A stretch of DNA of 64,000 nt from Nitrospirota bacterium (GTDB taxonomy: Bacteria; Nitrospirota; Thermodesulfovibrionia; Thermodesulfovibrionales; Magnetobacteriaceae). Location of the stretch: NCBI GenBank assembly GCA_039908505.1, contig JAMOAZ010000007.1:22317-86316 (forward strand). Reading direction: 5' to 3'. Below the pieces are notes generated by a model that had not been told where the DNA came from, ran no database searches, and saw nothing but the letters and a program-made list of their open reading frames with translations. Of the stretch, positions 27,228 through 36,696 are shown piece by piece (positions within the stretch are counted from its first letter, which is position 1; each line of letters opens with the position of its first letter). Both the position numbers and the translations under genes were made by a program.

Positions 27228-29450
27228 ATGGGATTAGGTGTTTACATATGTACAGACTGTGGTATAGGTGAGTCGTTAAACATAGAAGCCCTTCAAAAGA
27301 TTGGAGGCAAAAAAGGCACTTGCAAGACACATCCGTTTCTGTGCAGCAAGGAAGGCGTAGACCTTATAAAGAACGACATAAACAATGAAGGCGTAAATAA
27401 GATAGTCATAGCGGCGTGCAGCCAGCGCGTCAACACGGACATGTTTGACTTCGACCCACTCCTGTATATAACGGAGAGGGTAAATCTGCGTGAGCATGTG
27501 GTATGGATGCAGCCCCCGAACGACCCCAAGACTCAGGCAATGGCTGAAGACTATGTGAATATGGGTATAGTACGTGCAAATAAGTCAGAGCCGCCTGTTC
27601 CGAAGACAACAGACGTAACACGGGTAGTGCTGATTATTGGCGGTGGAGTCACGGGGCTGACGGCTGCCCTTGAGATTGAGAAGGCTGGCTACAAATCAGT
27701 GGTGGTGGAAAAATCAGGGGCGCTTGGCGGCTGGTCAAAAAAGAGTTTTAAGACATATCCGGCAAAGGCCCCCTATGACAAACTCCTTGTCCCTGCAATC
27801 GACACGAAGATTAAGGCGGTCAGCTCAAGTCAAAACATCACGGTACATCTGGACAGCGCAATAACCTCGATAGAGGGCGAGCCTGGCATGTACGATGTAG
27901 AAATAGACAAAAAGGGCGCTAAGGAGACATTTAAGGCGGGTGCCGTAATCCTTGCAACCGGCTGGAAACCCTATGACGCAAATAATCTCGTACAATACGG
28001 CTATGGCAGATTTAAAAATGTCATAACGAATGTTGAGATGGAAGACCTTGCATCAAAAGGAAAGATAACGAGGCCCTCAGACGGCAAGACGGCAAAGAAT
28101 GTGCTGTTTGTCCAGTGTGCCGGACAGAGAGATGAAAATCACGTCCCATATTGCTCATCAGTTTGCTGCAATGTCTCCCTGAAGCAGGCAAAATATGTGA
28201 GAGAGGCCAATCCTGATGCGGGCGCCTTTATCATCTATAAGGATATGCGGGCAACCGGCGTATATGAGAACTTTTACAAGGCGATGCAAAATGATGAAGG
28301 CATATTCCTTGCCAAAGGTGAGGTAAAGGGGATAGAGGAAGAGGCAGATGGCAGCCTGATAGTCATCGTCGATAATCAGCTCCTCGGCAAGGAGATGAAA
28401 ATAAGGGTTGACGTTGTGGTATTGGCTACTGGAATGGTTTCTTCGATGCTGCCCGAAGGAAAGGCCGTCAACGACCTGACGAAAGAGTATATAGGTGAAA
28501 TGGTAAAAAAGAAGACGCAGGACGGTGAGATCGAAGAGCTTATGCCGATACCCCATATAATGAATCTGAAATACCGGCAGGGGCCTGAGATCCCTCACTT
28601 AAAGTATGGCTTTCCAGATTCCCACTTTATATGTTTCCCGTATGAGACCAGAAGGACGGGCATCTATGCTGCCGGTGCAGTGAGAAGTCCGATGGATTCG
28701 CACCAGTCGTCCGTTGATGCTGCCGGTGCCGCGCTAAAGGCCATACAGTGTATAGAGTTGACTGCACAGGGTAAGGCAGTGCATCCCAGAGCAGGGGACA
28801 TGTCGTTTCCTGAGTTCAGGCTTGAGAGTTGCACTCAGTGCCGCCGCTGTACGGTTGAGTGTCCGTTTGGTGTGCTTGATGAGGATGAAAAGGGAACGCC
28901 GAGAGAGCATCCTTACCGCTGCCGCCGTTGTGGAACCTGTATGGGTGCGTGTCCGCAGAGGATAATCTCCTTCAGCAACTACAGTGTGGATATGGTATCA
29001 TCTATAATGAAATCTGTTGATGTACCATCGGAGGGTGACGAACCGTTTATCATTGCCCTGATATGTGAAAACGATGCCTATCCTGCGTTAGACATGGCGG
29101 GGTTGAATCGGGTACGTTTAAATCCGAACTACAGGTTTGTATCTCTGAGGTGTCTTGGCGGGACGAATCTTGTGTGGATAACCGACGCGCTTTCAAAGGG
29201 TGTGGATGGAGTGCTTTTGATGGGCTGCAAGTACGGTGATGACTACCAGTGTCACTTTGTAAAGGGCAGTCAGGTAGCAAGCGAGCGTCTGAGCAAGGTG
29301 CAGGAGACTTTGGGCAGGCTGATGCTTGAGTCTGAGCGTGTTCATCAGATACAGCTTCAGATAAACGAGTGGGATACGCTTCCGAAGATAATGGAAGAGT
29401 TTTCAGAGAAACTAAAAGGATTTGGACCGAATCCATACAAGGGATTCTAA
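27228..29450 (+). CDS. qmoB: QmoB (HdrA-like + 2x[4Fe-4S] + MvhD domain)
   Basis: FVQCAGQRD, FICFPYETRRTGIYAAG, CTQCRRCTVECPFG, CRRCGTCMGACP, CENDAYPALD, GCKYGDDYQCHF. Confidence 0.95.
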   Translation: MGLGVYICTDCGIGESLNIEALQKIGGKKGTCKTHPFLCSKEGVDLIKNDINNEGVNKIVIAACSQRVNTDMFDFDPLLYITERVNLREHVVWMQPPNDPKTQAMAEDYVNMGIVRANKSEPPVPKTTDVTRVVLIIGGGVTGLTAALEIEKAGYKSVVVEKSGALGGWSKKSFKTYPAKAPYDKLLVPAIDTKIKAVSSSQNITVHLDSAITSIEGEPGMYDVEIDKKGAKETFKAGAVILATGWKPYDANNLVQYGYGRFKNVITNVEMEDLASKGKITRPSDGKTAKNVLFVQCAGQRDENHVPYCSSVCCNVSLKQAKYVREANPDAGAFIIYKDMRATGVYENFYKAMQNDEGIFLAKGEVKGIEEEADGSLIVIVDNQLLGKEMKIRVDVVVLATGMVSSMLPEGKAVNDLTKEYIGEMVKKKTQDGEIEELMPIPHIMNLKYRQGPEIPHLKYGFPDSHFICFPYETRRTGIYAAGAVRSPMDSHQSSVDAAGAALKAIQCIELTAQGKAVHPRAGDMSFPEFRLESCTQCRRCTVECPFGVLDEDEKGTPREHPYRCRRCGTCMGACPQRIISFSNYSVDMVSSIMKSVDVPSEGDEPFIIALICENDAYPALDMAGLNRVRLNPNYRFVSLRCLGGTNLVWITDALSKGVDGVLLMGCKYGDDYQCHFVKGSQVASERLSKVQETLGRLMLESERVHQIQLQINEWDTLPKIMEEFSEKLKGFGPNPYKGF

Positions 29451-29470
29451 AATAACAGGGAGGTATGCAC

Positions 29471-30640
29471 ATGGGTGATGCAGTGTTCACACCTGACATT
29501 GGGTTTGTTCGGGGCTTAAAGGAGGGCGGCGCCGACACTATGAAGCAGTGTTATCAGTGCGCGACGTGCTCTACGGTATGCGACCTGACACCGGCTGACA
29601 ACCCGTTTCCAAGAAAAGAGATGATAATGGCCCAGTGGGGGTTAAAGGAAGAGCTGTCGGCAGACCCGGACATCTGGCTTTGCCACAACTGTAACGACTG
29701 CTCAAAGTACTGTCCCCGCGGTGCAAGACCGGGTGATGTCTTATCGACATTGAGAAAGGCCGTAATAGCCGAGAACGCCTTCCCGAGGTTTATGGGCACG
29801 ATAGTGGGAAATGCAAAGCTGCTCTTAGTGGCGTTGTTGATTCCAGTGGCGCTGTTTCTTGCCTTGTTAAATGCCACCGGGCACTTAAACATACCGGCTG
29901 GCGATGTGGTCTTCAACAAATTTTTCCCGATTCCACTTGTCGATGCGATATTTGTAACGACGGCGATGTGTGTAGTGTTTGTGTTTGCTATAAGCGTGAG
30001 CAGGTTTTGGGGCAAACTCAATGTAAATCCATATAAGCTGATGGCACATAGTATGTTAATACCAAGTTTAATAGAGACCCTGAAGGAGATTGTATTTCAC
30101 AAGAAGTTTCAGAAATGCGGCGCTAATGCAGACAGGACGTGGACGCACAGGCTGATTGTAGCAGGGTTCATAGGTCTGTTCATACAGACAAACTGGGCGG
30201 TATTTAACTTGTATGTGCTGAAGTGGGAAACGCCGTTTCTGAAGGACGACCCAAATATGATGATGATTCTGGGGTCACAGGCAGCGGTGATGATGTACTA
30301 TGCGGTCTACAAGATATTCGGCAATACGAGTGCCCTGCTGTTGTTAATAGGGTCACTGATGCTGTTTGCCAATCGAATGAAGGACAAGGGTGTGAACAGC
30401 GTATCATCGTCTTTTGACTGGGTATTTGCGGTGATGGTGTTTTTGGTATGTATAACGGGGTTGCTGTCAGAGTTTTGCAGGTTTGCGAACAATGCACAGG
30501 TGGCCTATCCTATGTACTTTATTCATCTGGTATGCGTGTTTTACATAATAGCGTACCTGCCGTACTCGAAATTGGCGCACATGGTATATAGGACGACTGC
30601 GATTGTGTACGCGAAAATGGCAAATCGGGACGTAATGTAA
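29471..30640 (+). CDS. qmoC: QmoC (HdrC-like Fe-S domain + HdrE-like membrane cytochrome b)
   Basis: CYQCATCSTVC, WLCHNCNDCSKYCPRGARPGD, TM helices, YFIHLV, LPYSKLAHMVYR; ATG 29471 fits SD spacing better than 29465. Confidence 0.95.
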   Translation: MGDAVFTPDIGFVRGLKEGGADTMKQCYQCATCSTVCDLTPADNPFPRKEMIMAQWGLKEELSADPDIWLCHNCNDCSKYCPRGARPGDVLSTLRKAVIAENAFPRFMGTIVGNAKLLLVALLIPVALFLALLNATGHLNIPAGDVVFNKFFPIPLVDAIFVTTAMCVVFVFAISVSRFWGKLNVNPYKLMAHSMLIPSLIETLKEIVFHKKFQKCGANADRTWTHRLIVAGFIGLFIQTNWAVFNLYVLKWETPFLKDDPNMMMILGSQAAVMMYYAVYKIFGNTSALLLLIGSLMLFANRMKDKGVNSVSSSFDWVFAVMVFLVCITGLLSEFCRFANNAQVAYPMYFIHLVCVFYIIAYLPYSKLAHMVYRTTAIVYAKMANRDVM

Positions 30641-30642
30641 GG

Positions 30643-30675
30643 CCAGTAAATTACCAGTAAATTACCAATAAATTA
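30643..30675 (+). repeat. 3 x 11-bp tandem repeat after the qmoC stop
   Basis: CCAGTAAATTA CCAGTAAATTA CCAATAAATTA. Confidence 0.9.
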
Positions 30676-30678
30676 ACA

Positions 30679-30716
30679 GACGCCTCAATCTGTGCCAAGC
30701 GGGCGATTGAGGCGTC
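30679..30716. other. Perfect 12-bp inverted repeat between qmoC and the YkgJ-like gene
   Basis: GACGCCTCAATC (30679-30690), 14 nt, GATTGAGGCGTC (30705-30716). Confidence 0.85.
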
Positions 30717-30745
30717 AAAACACATCGGAGAGAGTGGGAGAGAGA

Positions 30746-31567
30746 GTGAAAGAAATCTACGAGAAATTAAATAAAGACCCGGAAAGAAGGGGAGAACTTG
30801 GGCCTGAGAGCCGTTTTAAGTTCAACTGCCACAAGGGAATAGCATGTTTTAATAAGTGTTGTGGTGAACTGGAGATATTCCTATCGCCCTATGATGTACT
30901 AAGATTGAAGAGGCGGTTTGGCAAGACCAGCGGGGAGTTTCTCGTTGAATATACTGATATGGTGGTAACGGATAAGAACAAGTTGCCGTTTATTAAATTA
31001 CGAATGGCAGAGGGCAAGCAGTGTAAGTTTGTAACAAAGGAAGGCTGTTCGATATATGAAGACAGACCATTGGCGTGCAGGTACTATCCCTTGGGGTTTG
31101 CGATAGGCAAGCGGACGATGACTGAGGGAGAGGATTTTTATTTTCTGATAGAGGAGAGTTTTTGCAAGGGATTTAAAGAGGACAAAGAGTGGGTGGTGAA
31201 GGACTGGCGCGAACGGGAAGGGATAGCCAAATATGAGGCGATGAACAGCGACTGGATAGAGGTAATCCTCAATAAAAAATTACTGGGAAAATCCGTCGTC
31301 CCTGATGAAAAGACAATAAGCATGTTTATACTTGGTGCATACGATGTGGACGCCTTCAGGGTATTTGTGCATGAGAGCAAGTTTTTACAGATATTTGATT
31401 TAAACGATGAAGAGCTACAGTTAATCACAGAAAACGAAGAAGAGCTAATGAAGTTTGCCCACAGATGGCTGAGATATGCCCTGTTCAGAGAGCCGACAAT
31501 GTACCTGAAAAACAGAGACGACTCCAACCCACCGCAAGGTAACTGCGGTTGCAATACCTGCACATAA
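30746..31567 (+). CDS. YkgJ-family (UPF0153) cysteine-cluster protein
   Basis: FKFNCHKGIACFNKCC, LSPYDVLRL, CKFV...GCSIYEDRPLACRYYP, ESFCKG; likely start GTG 30746 after GGAG (the track start at 30692 lies inside the hairpin). Confidence 0.85.
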   Translation: MKEIYEKLNKDPERRGELGPESRFKFNCHKGIACFNKCCGELEIFLSPYDVLRLKRRFGKTSGEFLVEYTDMVVTDKNKLPFIKLRMAEGKQCKFVTKEGCSIYEDRPLACRYYPLGFAIGKRTMTEGEDFYFLIEESFCKGFKEDKEWVVKDWREREGIAKYEAMNSDWIEVILNKKLLGKSVVPDEKTISMFILGAYDVDAFRVFVHESKFLQIFDLNDEELQLITENEEELMKFAHRWLRYALFREPTMYLKNRDDSNPPQGNCGCNTCT

Positions 31568-31865
31568 TTTCAACAGAATCTGACCGGCATATATAGTTGT
31601 CAGCGTAGAGGAGGAGATCAGTCCTATCAACCTAATTTGTGTTTCAGCGGATGTTCATGACTAAAAGCCATTAAAAATCATACAGAAAGGGGACTTAGAG
31701 CAAAACGCAACAATAATCAGCCACAAATACAGAAAACATAATACAATATTATACCAGACAATACGTAGTAATATACTTTATAGTGTACTAAATATATATG
31801 TATGTCGGTGAGTCAATTTTATACGTAAATGGTAAGATGTCGTGGCTCGGTATCTGCTGCGAGAG

Positions 31866-32120
31866 TCATACCGCGAGGGGGAAAAGGTCAGGCATCGCCT
31901 GTGTCATCAGTGCCTTCAGATTCTCTGTGGCCTTCGCTATGAATGCTGCCCTGCCTTCCCTCAGCTTCTCTTGTTCCTTATCATGAATTTTCGATAAATA
32001 ACTGAATACTACCGATTCCGACGGCGTCGTCCTTTTACGCTCTTTACGAAATCTTCTCTGTATCGCTCGTCTTTCTCTTCGACTTAGTCCCGACCTTTTG
32101 TGTCTTAATATTTCACCTCG
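31866..32120 (-). pseudogene. Fragment of a probable IS1380-family transposase
   Basis: Manual translation without a start codon: RGEILRHKRSGLSRRERRAIQRRFRKERKRTTPSESVVFSYLSKIHDKEQEKLREGRAAFI, resembling the N-terminal half of IS1380-type transposases as I recall them; no DDE region. Confidence 0.5.
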
Positions 32121-32337
32121 TTGGTGTTAGTTTTTTGTGTCCAACCTTATTCTAATATCCCGAATAGTCAGGTAACAACGAGGTCCATTATTTTTTTGAT
32201 GGTGAATCAAGGGACTCTTGTAACGCTATGCTTGGGGGATATAACGGTATCTAAGCGGTTTAGGGTTATTTGATATGGAAAATGTGAAACAAAAGGAGTA
32301 TGTGTACATACTCCTTTTGTTATGGTGAATTCAGCTA

Positions 32338-32775
32338 TTATACTTTCTTTAATTGTGCGCCGCAGCGGCATTTACCGGGCTTGTCCGACACTGTATTGCA
32401 CGTACAGCCATCGGAGCAGCCACACGCATACAGCCCTTTAATGCTTACCTTCTTCACTATCTTGCCACAGCCGCACTTCGTAGGGTCATCTTTGTCCAGT
32501 TTGCACGAACAGCCCTTTCCACACGTACACAAGAGTGTCTCATCGCCCTCTATCTTCAGTACATGCATCTGTACAAGGTCTTGCCCGCAGGTACATTTGC
32601 CGGGCTTTGTCATTACGGTATCACACGTACACGTATCACCGCAGTTGCATACGTATAGTATATCGCCTGGTTTACGCTTGGAAGCTCCCTTCTTCTTACC
32701 TTCAGCATATGCCAGGCCAGTACTCAGTATCAGCACTAAAAACAACGACAAATACACAAAAACTCTTTTCTTCAT
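32338..32775 (-). CDS. Exported Cys-rich protein with three (CxC)3 repeats; metallothionein/heavy-metal-binding-like
   Basis: Signal peptide ending AYA; SD AAGGAG; 18 Cys as 9 CxC pairs in three repeats; repeats 1 and 3 share Y.C.C...C.C.TV..KPGKC.CG..L. Confidence 0.8.
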   Translation of the reverse strand: MKKRVFVYLSLFLVLILSTGLAYAEGKKKGASKRKPGDILYVCNCGDTCTCDTVMTKPGKCTCGQDLVQMHVLKIEGDETLLCTCGKGCSCKLDKDDPTKCGCGKIVKKVSIKGLYACGCSDGCTCNTVSDKPGKCRCGAQLKKV

Positions 32776-32814
32776 AAGATTCTCTCCTTGTAAAATATAT
32801 TCTTACTGTGAGTT

Positions 32815-32844
32815 AACTTAACATAGTTGGCTATTGCTTGTCAA
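32815..32844 (-). promoter_or_regulatory. sigma70-like promoter for the Cys-rich gene
   Basis: TTGACA (32844-32839), 18 nt, TAAGTT (32820-32815). Confidence 0.5.
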
Positions 32845-32991
32845 ACACCGCTAATTATCTGTAATTACCGGCGCACAAAAGACCCGTATAGGTCGCTGCC
32901 GTTGATTAATTTACTCTGAATGAAAGTCTGGATTGACTAAAATCGATATACAAACACACCACCACCTATCACCAGAAATTCTGGTTAAGGT

Positions 32992-33113
32992 AATTTGAAA
33001 AGTGGCCGGTCAACCTGATAGTTATTGGCGGTTGTAATCACTGTTTCCCAATGATTCACGTGCTGCAACTTTGTTTGCCCAAACCCCCGTGACCAGCCCT
33101 TTTCTTTTTAATT
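32992..33113 (-). ncRNA. Candidate structured RNA (long imperfect hairpin with central internal loop)
   Basis: Nested pairings 32997-33002/33099-33104, 33004-33012/33090-33098, 33031-33034/33066-33069, 33036-33043/33049-33056; two mismatches become G-U on the minus strand. Confidence 0.35.
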
Positions 33114-33133
33114 ATTGCGGATTGCCTAGCGTA

Positions 33134-33340
33134 CTAATCTATGATTGCTACGTTAGTTGCCCTCAATCCTTTCTTGTCGTGTTCAACGTCGAAAGAAACC
33201 ATCTGTCCTTCCTCTAACGTTTTAAACCCGCTGGTCTTAATAGCTGAATAGTGGACAAAGACATCCTCTCCATCGCTCTTGCTAATGAAACCATACCCCT
33301 TGCTGACGTTGAACCATTTTACTTTTCCTTCAAATGACAT
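33134..33340 (-). CDS. csp: Cold-shock protein (CspA family)
   Basis: [33 protein letters not shown]. Confidence 0.96.
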   Translation of the reverse strand: MSFEGKVKWFNVSKGYGFISKSDGEDVFVHYSAIKTSGFKTLEEGQMVSFDVEHDKKGLRATNVAIID

Positions 33341-33388
33341 GTTGAAACACTCCTTACTGCTTGCTTAGCCCTTTAAAAGGGCATTTAT

Positions 33389-33418
33389 ATGGTAACTTTA
33401 TCACAGCAAAAAAGTCAA
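33389..33418 (-). promoter_or_regulatory. sigma70-like promoter for csp
   Basis: TTGACT (33418-33413), 18 nt, TACCAT (33394-33389), followed by a GCCCTT/AAGGGC leader hairpin. Confidence 0.55.
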
Positions 33419-33486
33419 CGATAAAAATAATATTTTTTTAAGCCGACATCTCCGCCCTGTTTTCCATATTATTTCCAGTATTGGTC

Positions 33487-36024
33487 TTATCTCAGTTTTA
33501 CACCAAGACAGATGCCAAGCCGCTCATAATTGTCCAGCCACCTGCGGGCTGTGTCATCTGCACCTGCTGCCCTGTCCATCATTACAGACCTCAGCTCTTT
33601 TCCTATAATAAAATATATATTTTGCACCTTCCACAGATTAGGCTCTATAGAGAGGGATTTCAGTATATCGGCTACCTTGCCTGTCTTTTCATATAACTCT
33701 GCATATTCCCGCTGTACGAACAGTGTCTCTGCAAGATAGTTTATCAGTGCTGTGGCATGATAGCTAAGCTTGTATGTGTCTATTGCGATGTTCCATTTCC
33801 TGATTTCGTCGCTTATGCCCTGGAGCTTTACTATATCGATGGATTTAGATTCAAATATAGTCATCAGGTCTTTCTCAATGGTATATGCGGCGGCAATCGT
33901 CAGGGATTTGGGCAGCGGCACGGAAAGTCCCCTGTAGAAATCCATAAGCGGGTAGTGGCTTTCGTATATTTGTCTGTACTGAGCGTCAATTCCATTATTT
34001 GGCTCACCTGTGGGACCTTGTGAGAGTATATCGAGGATTCTTCTTTGTCCGTCTCTAAACAGGTGTGAAAAGGAGTAGTTCTCACTGCTGAAGTGCGTTT
34101 GCATCAGGCTGATAACTGTTGGGATAAGACCCTTGCCGAAGGCATCTGTCAACTGTACCTTAATCGCGCTGAAATCAGTGTCATTTGAGAAGTCCTTAAT
34201 TCTGCAGCTTATACTGTGGTCATCGAGATTTAAAACTGCATAGACGAGCGTGCGCTCATCCCATGTTATCTCAGAGGTTATCTTAATCTTGCCTGTGGCA
34301 AACCTCATAGTACACGTGGTAACCTCATCATATGACAGACGCTCTACCGTATAGCAAAACAAGCTTAAACGCACTGGATTGTGTTCAAAAAGAGATGAGA
34401 TTGCGTAGTGGGCGGCAGCACGCATAATATCCACCTTTGACGGCTTTACAAACTCCTCATACGGATAGGCACCAGAGCTGAATACATTGCTTCGTGCGTG
34501 GCGGAGCTTTTCTATATATTCACCCTCAAGGGAAATACCGGTCAAGTCTTGTGCATACTGCATTGCCCGTGCGGCATAGTCCATTATTTGAACTGTCTCG
34601 ATACCGGATATTTCATCAAAAAACCACCCGCAGCTTGTGTACATGAGCATGGAGTTGCGCTGCATCTCAAGCAGTTTTAGTACCCTTGTCCGGTCTTTCA
34701 TTGTGAGGTTCGTAAGGGCGTGGCGGTCTATGAAGGCGTTGACTGTTGCCCTGCTTCTGTCGAGAATCACCTCTATGTAATCGTTACGGGCATCCCAGGG
34801 GGATTTTAAATATTTCCCTCCTTCTATTTCAAATATACCGGCAAGCCTGTCTCTGAGCCAATCCATAGCGTCTCGCAGGGGGCGCCGCCATTGTTGTGAC
34901 CACCCATGATGCATTCCACTGCAGCAGCCACAGTCATTCATCCACCTTCCTATGCCGTGAACACAGCTCCATGACGAGCCGTCGTAGATTTCCACCTCGT
35001 ACACTGGCGGGTATTTCTCAAGGTATTGCCCATAGTTCGTCAGCTTGACCCCCGTGCTGGATTCTATTACGTGCAGGCAATATGTCAGGGCCATCTCCCC
35101 TCTATTGTGGTGATGACCGTATGTCTCGCCGTCTGTGGCTATGTGGACTATCTGTGGAAAATCTCTTGTGTCTGTAAAAGCAGAGGTAAGTCTGTAAGCG
35201 AAATTTCCGCCATCGTGTAAAACGCCGCTAAAGGCAATGTCACCTGATATTGGTCCATCATAGAAAAACAGGGTAATTGTCCTGCCAGAGGGGAGTCTGC
35301 ACAGGTAGGGCATTGCAGGGTCAATCCGACCATTGCTTACGTCTGTCCAGAGGTCTTGGTCCCGTGTTTCCTGCTCTTCCATAATTACTGGCATGTCGGC
35401 CATTTCATCATCAGCGGCCTCATCGTCAGAAGAAGGGTTAGTCTCGGGTTTTTTTACCCTTGATGCCTGGCGAGGGGCAAGAATTGTGTACAATATCCCA
35501 TTGTCCACTAGAATGTCGAGGGTTTCCCTGTCAACTGCGGTCTCGGCAAGCCAAATCCCCTCAGGCCTCCTTCCAAATCGTGCCTCAAAATCCCGTATTC
35601 CCCATATCACCTGTGTTATCTTATCGAACTGATTGGCTAGCGGCATAATCATGTGGTTATATACCTGTGCTACCGCTGAACCGTGCCCTGAGAATCTCTC
35701 CATACTAAGCTTGTCCGCCTCAATGATGGCGCGATACACATCAGGGTCATGTCTTTGCAGCCACGACAGCAGCGTCGGCCCAAAGTTAAAACTCATCTTC
35801 GAGTAGTTGTTAATAATACCGGTGACCATTCCCTCGTGGTCGAGAATTTTTGATGCGGCATTGGCGGCATAACACTCAGCCGTAATACGCTCATTCCAGT
35901 TGTGATAGGGGGCAGCCGAGTCCTGATACTCAACTTCCTCAAGCCACGGGTTTTCGCGCGGAGGCTGGTAAAAGTGCCCGTGTATACATATATACCTTTC
36001 CATATGGCTATTGTCTTTTTCCAT
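33487..36024 (-). CDS. Glycoside hydrolase family 57 with DUF3536-type C-terminus
   Basis: CIHGHFYQPPRENPW, SFNFGPTLLSW, YNHMIMPL, GIWLAETAVD, ATDGETYGHH, MYTSCGWFFD; start set at ATG 36024. Confidence 0.92.
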   Translation of the reverse strand: MEKDNSHMERYICIHGHFYQPPRENPWLEEVEYQDSAAPYHNWNERITAECYAANAASKILDHEGMVTGIINNYSKMSFNFGPTLLSWLQRHDPDVYRAIIEADKLSMERFSGHGSAVAQVYNHMIMPLANQFDKITQVIWGIRDFEARFGRRPEGIWLAETAVDRETLDILVDNGILYTILAPRQASRVKKPETNPSSDDEAADDEMADMPVIMEEQETRDQDLWTDVSNGRIDPAMPYLCRLPSGRTITLFFYDGPISGDIAFSGVLHDGGNFAYRLTSAFTDTRDFPQIVHIATDGETYGHHHNRGEMALTYCLHVIESSTGVKLTNYGQYLEKYPPVYEVEIYDGSSWSCVHGIGRWMNDCGCCSGMHHGWSQQWRRPLRDAMDWLRDRLAGIFEIEGGKYLKSPWDARNDYIEVILDRSRATVNAFIDRHALTNLTMKDRTRVLKLLEMQRNSMLMYTSCGWFFDEISGIETVQIMDYAARAMQYAQDLTGISLEGEYIEKLRHARSNVFSSGAYPYEEFVKPSKVDIMRAAAHYAISSLFEHNPVRLSLFCYTVERLSYDEVTTCTMRFATGKIKITSEITWDERTLVYAVLNLDDHSISCRIKDFSNDTDFSAIKVQLTDAFGKGLIPTVISLMQTHFSSENYSFSHLFRDGQRRILDILSQGPTGEPNNGIDAQYRQIYESHYPLMDFYRGLSVPLPKSLTIAAAYTIEKDLMTIFESKSIDIVKLQGISDEIRKWNIAIDTYKLSYHATALINYLAETLFVQREYAELYEKTGKVADILKSLSIEPNLWKVQNIYFIIGKELRSVMMDRAAGADDTARRWLDNYERLGICLGVKLR

Positions 36025-36202
36025 TGTATAACTATAGCACATATTTGTAATTAGCGCAATCACCTGTGTTTCTCAGTCTGAATTTTTACCCCTCAAAATA
36101 ACTAATGGCGGTTTCAGAATCAAATAATTAAAAATCTCACATGCAAGCGCATACAATGTGGTGAGATTTGGGTTGGAAGGAACTTTTTAGGTTGTGATAT
36201 AA

Positions 36203-36589
36203 GGGGATAATTCTATCATCGACATATATTGCTATATTGTAGAACTCAAGGAGAACCCGAATTACGATACAAAGTCAGCAGCAATGGAACATCAGTCTAT
36301 GCACCAGTTTATAAGCAAAAATGCTTACGTATTGCCTTCTACTGTTTCCAGCCATTTCTGTGCCTTTAATGCACCAGACAGGACGGCTATTGTGAAGGGA
36401 TTTAAGAACAAAATAGACATTAAAGAAGCATTGACCGGAAGAGGATTTTGCGAATTGTTTGGGCTGGATTACCATGAGGTTATTCATACAATAGAGACCG
36501 ATAGGAAAGCGAATCTTGACTACTTTTTAAGTGAATTGGTTAAATGCAAAGATATTGCAGATTCTCTTGAAATCAAATTAATGGGTTAA
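36203..36589 (+). pseudogene. C-terminal remnant of a type II restriction endonuclease-like PD-(D/E)XK protein
   Basis: The frame is open upstream of ATG 36284 to a TAA at 36200 and reads DIYCYIVELKENPNYDTKS (D...ExK-like), then GRGFCELFGLDY; AT-rich; no cognate DNA methylase. Confidence 0.45.
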
Positions 36590-36696
36590 CTAAATCTCAA
36601 ATTAATGGTTCATTTAATTAGAAAATTTAAACTAGGATACTGCCATCACCCGGATTTTCTTGCGAAAAATATTTCTTATGTTCTATTATTACATAT

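Noticed and set aside
25944-30640. Selenocysteine in the Qmo/Hdr-like genes
   Set aside because: The frames are open with no in-frame TGA
33040-33100. c-di-GMP-I riboswitch (GGTCACG..GGGCAAAC and GAAA loop on the minus strand)
   Set aside because: The downstream GACGCAAAGC/P3 elements are missing, and the site is not positioned as a clear 5' leader
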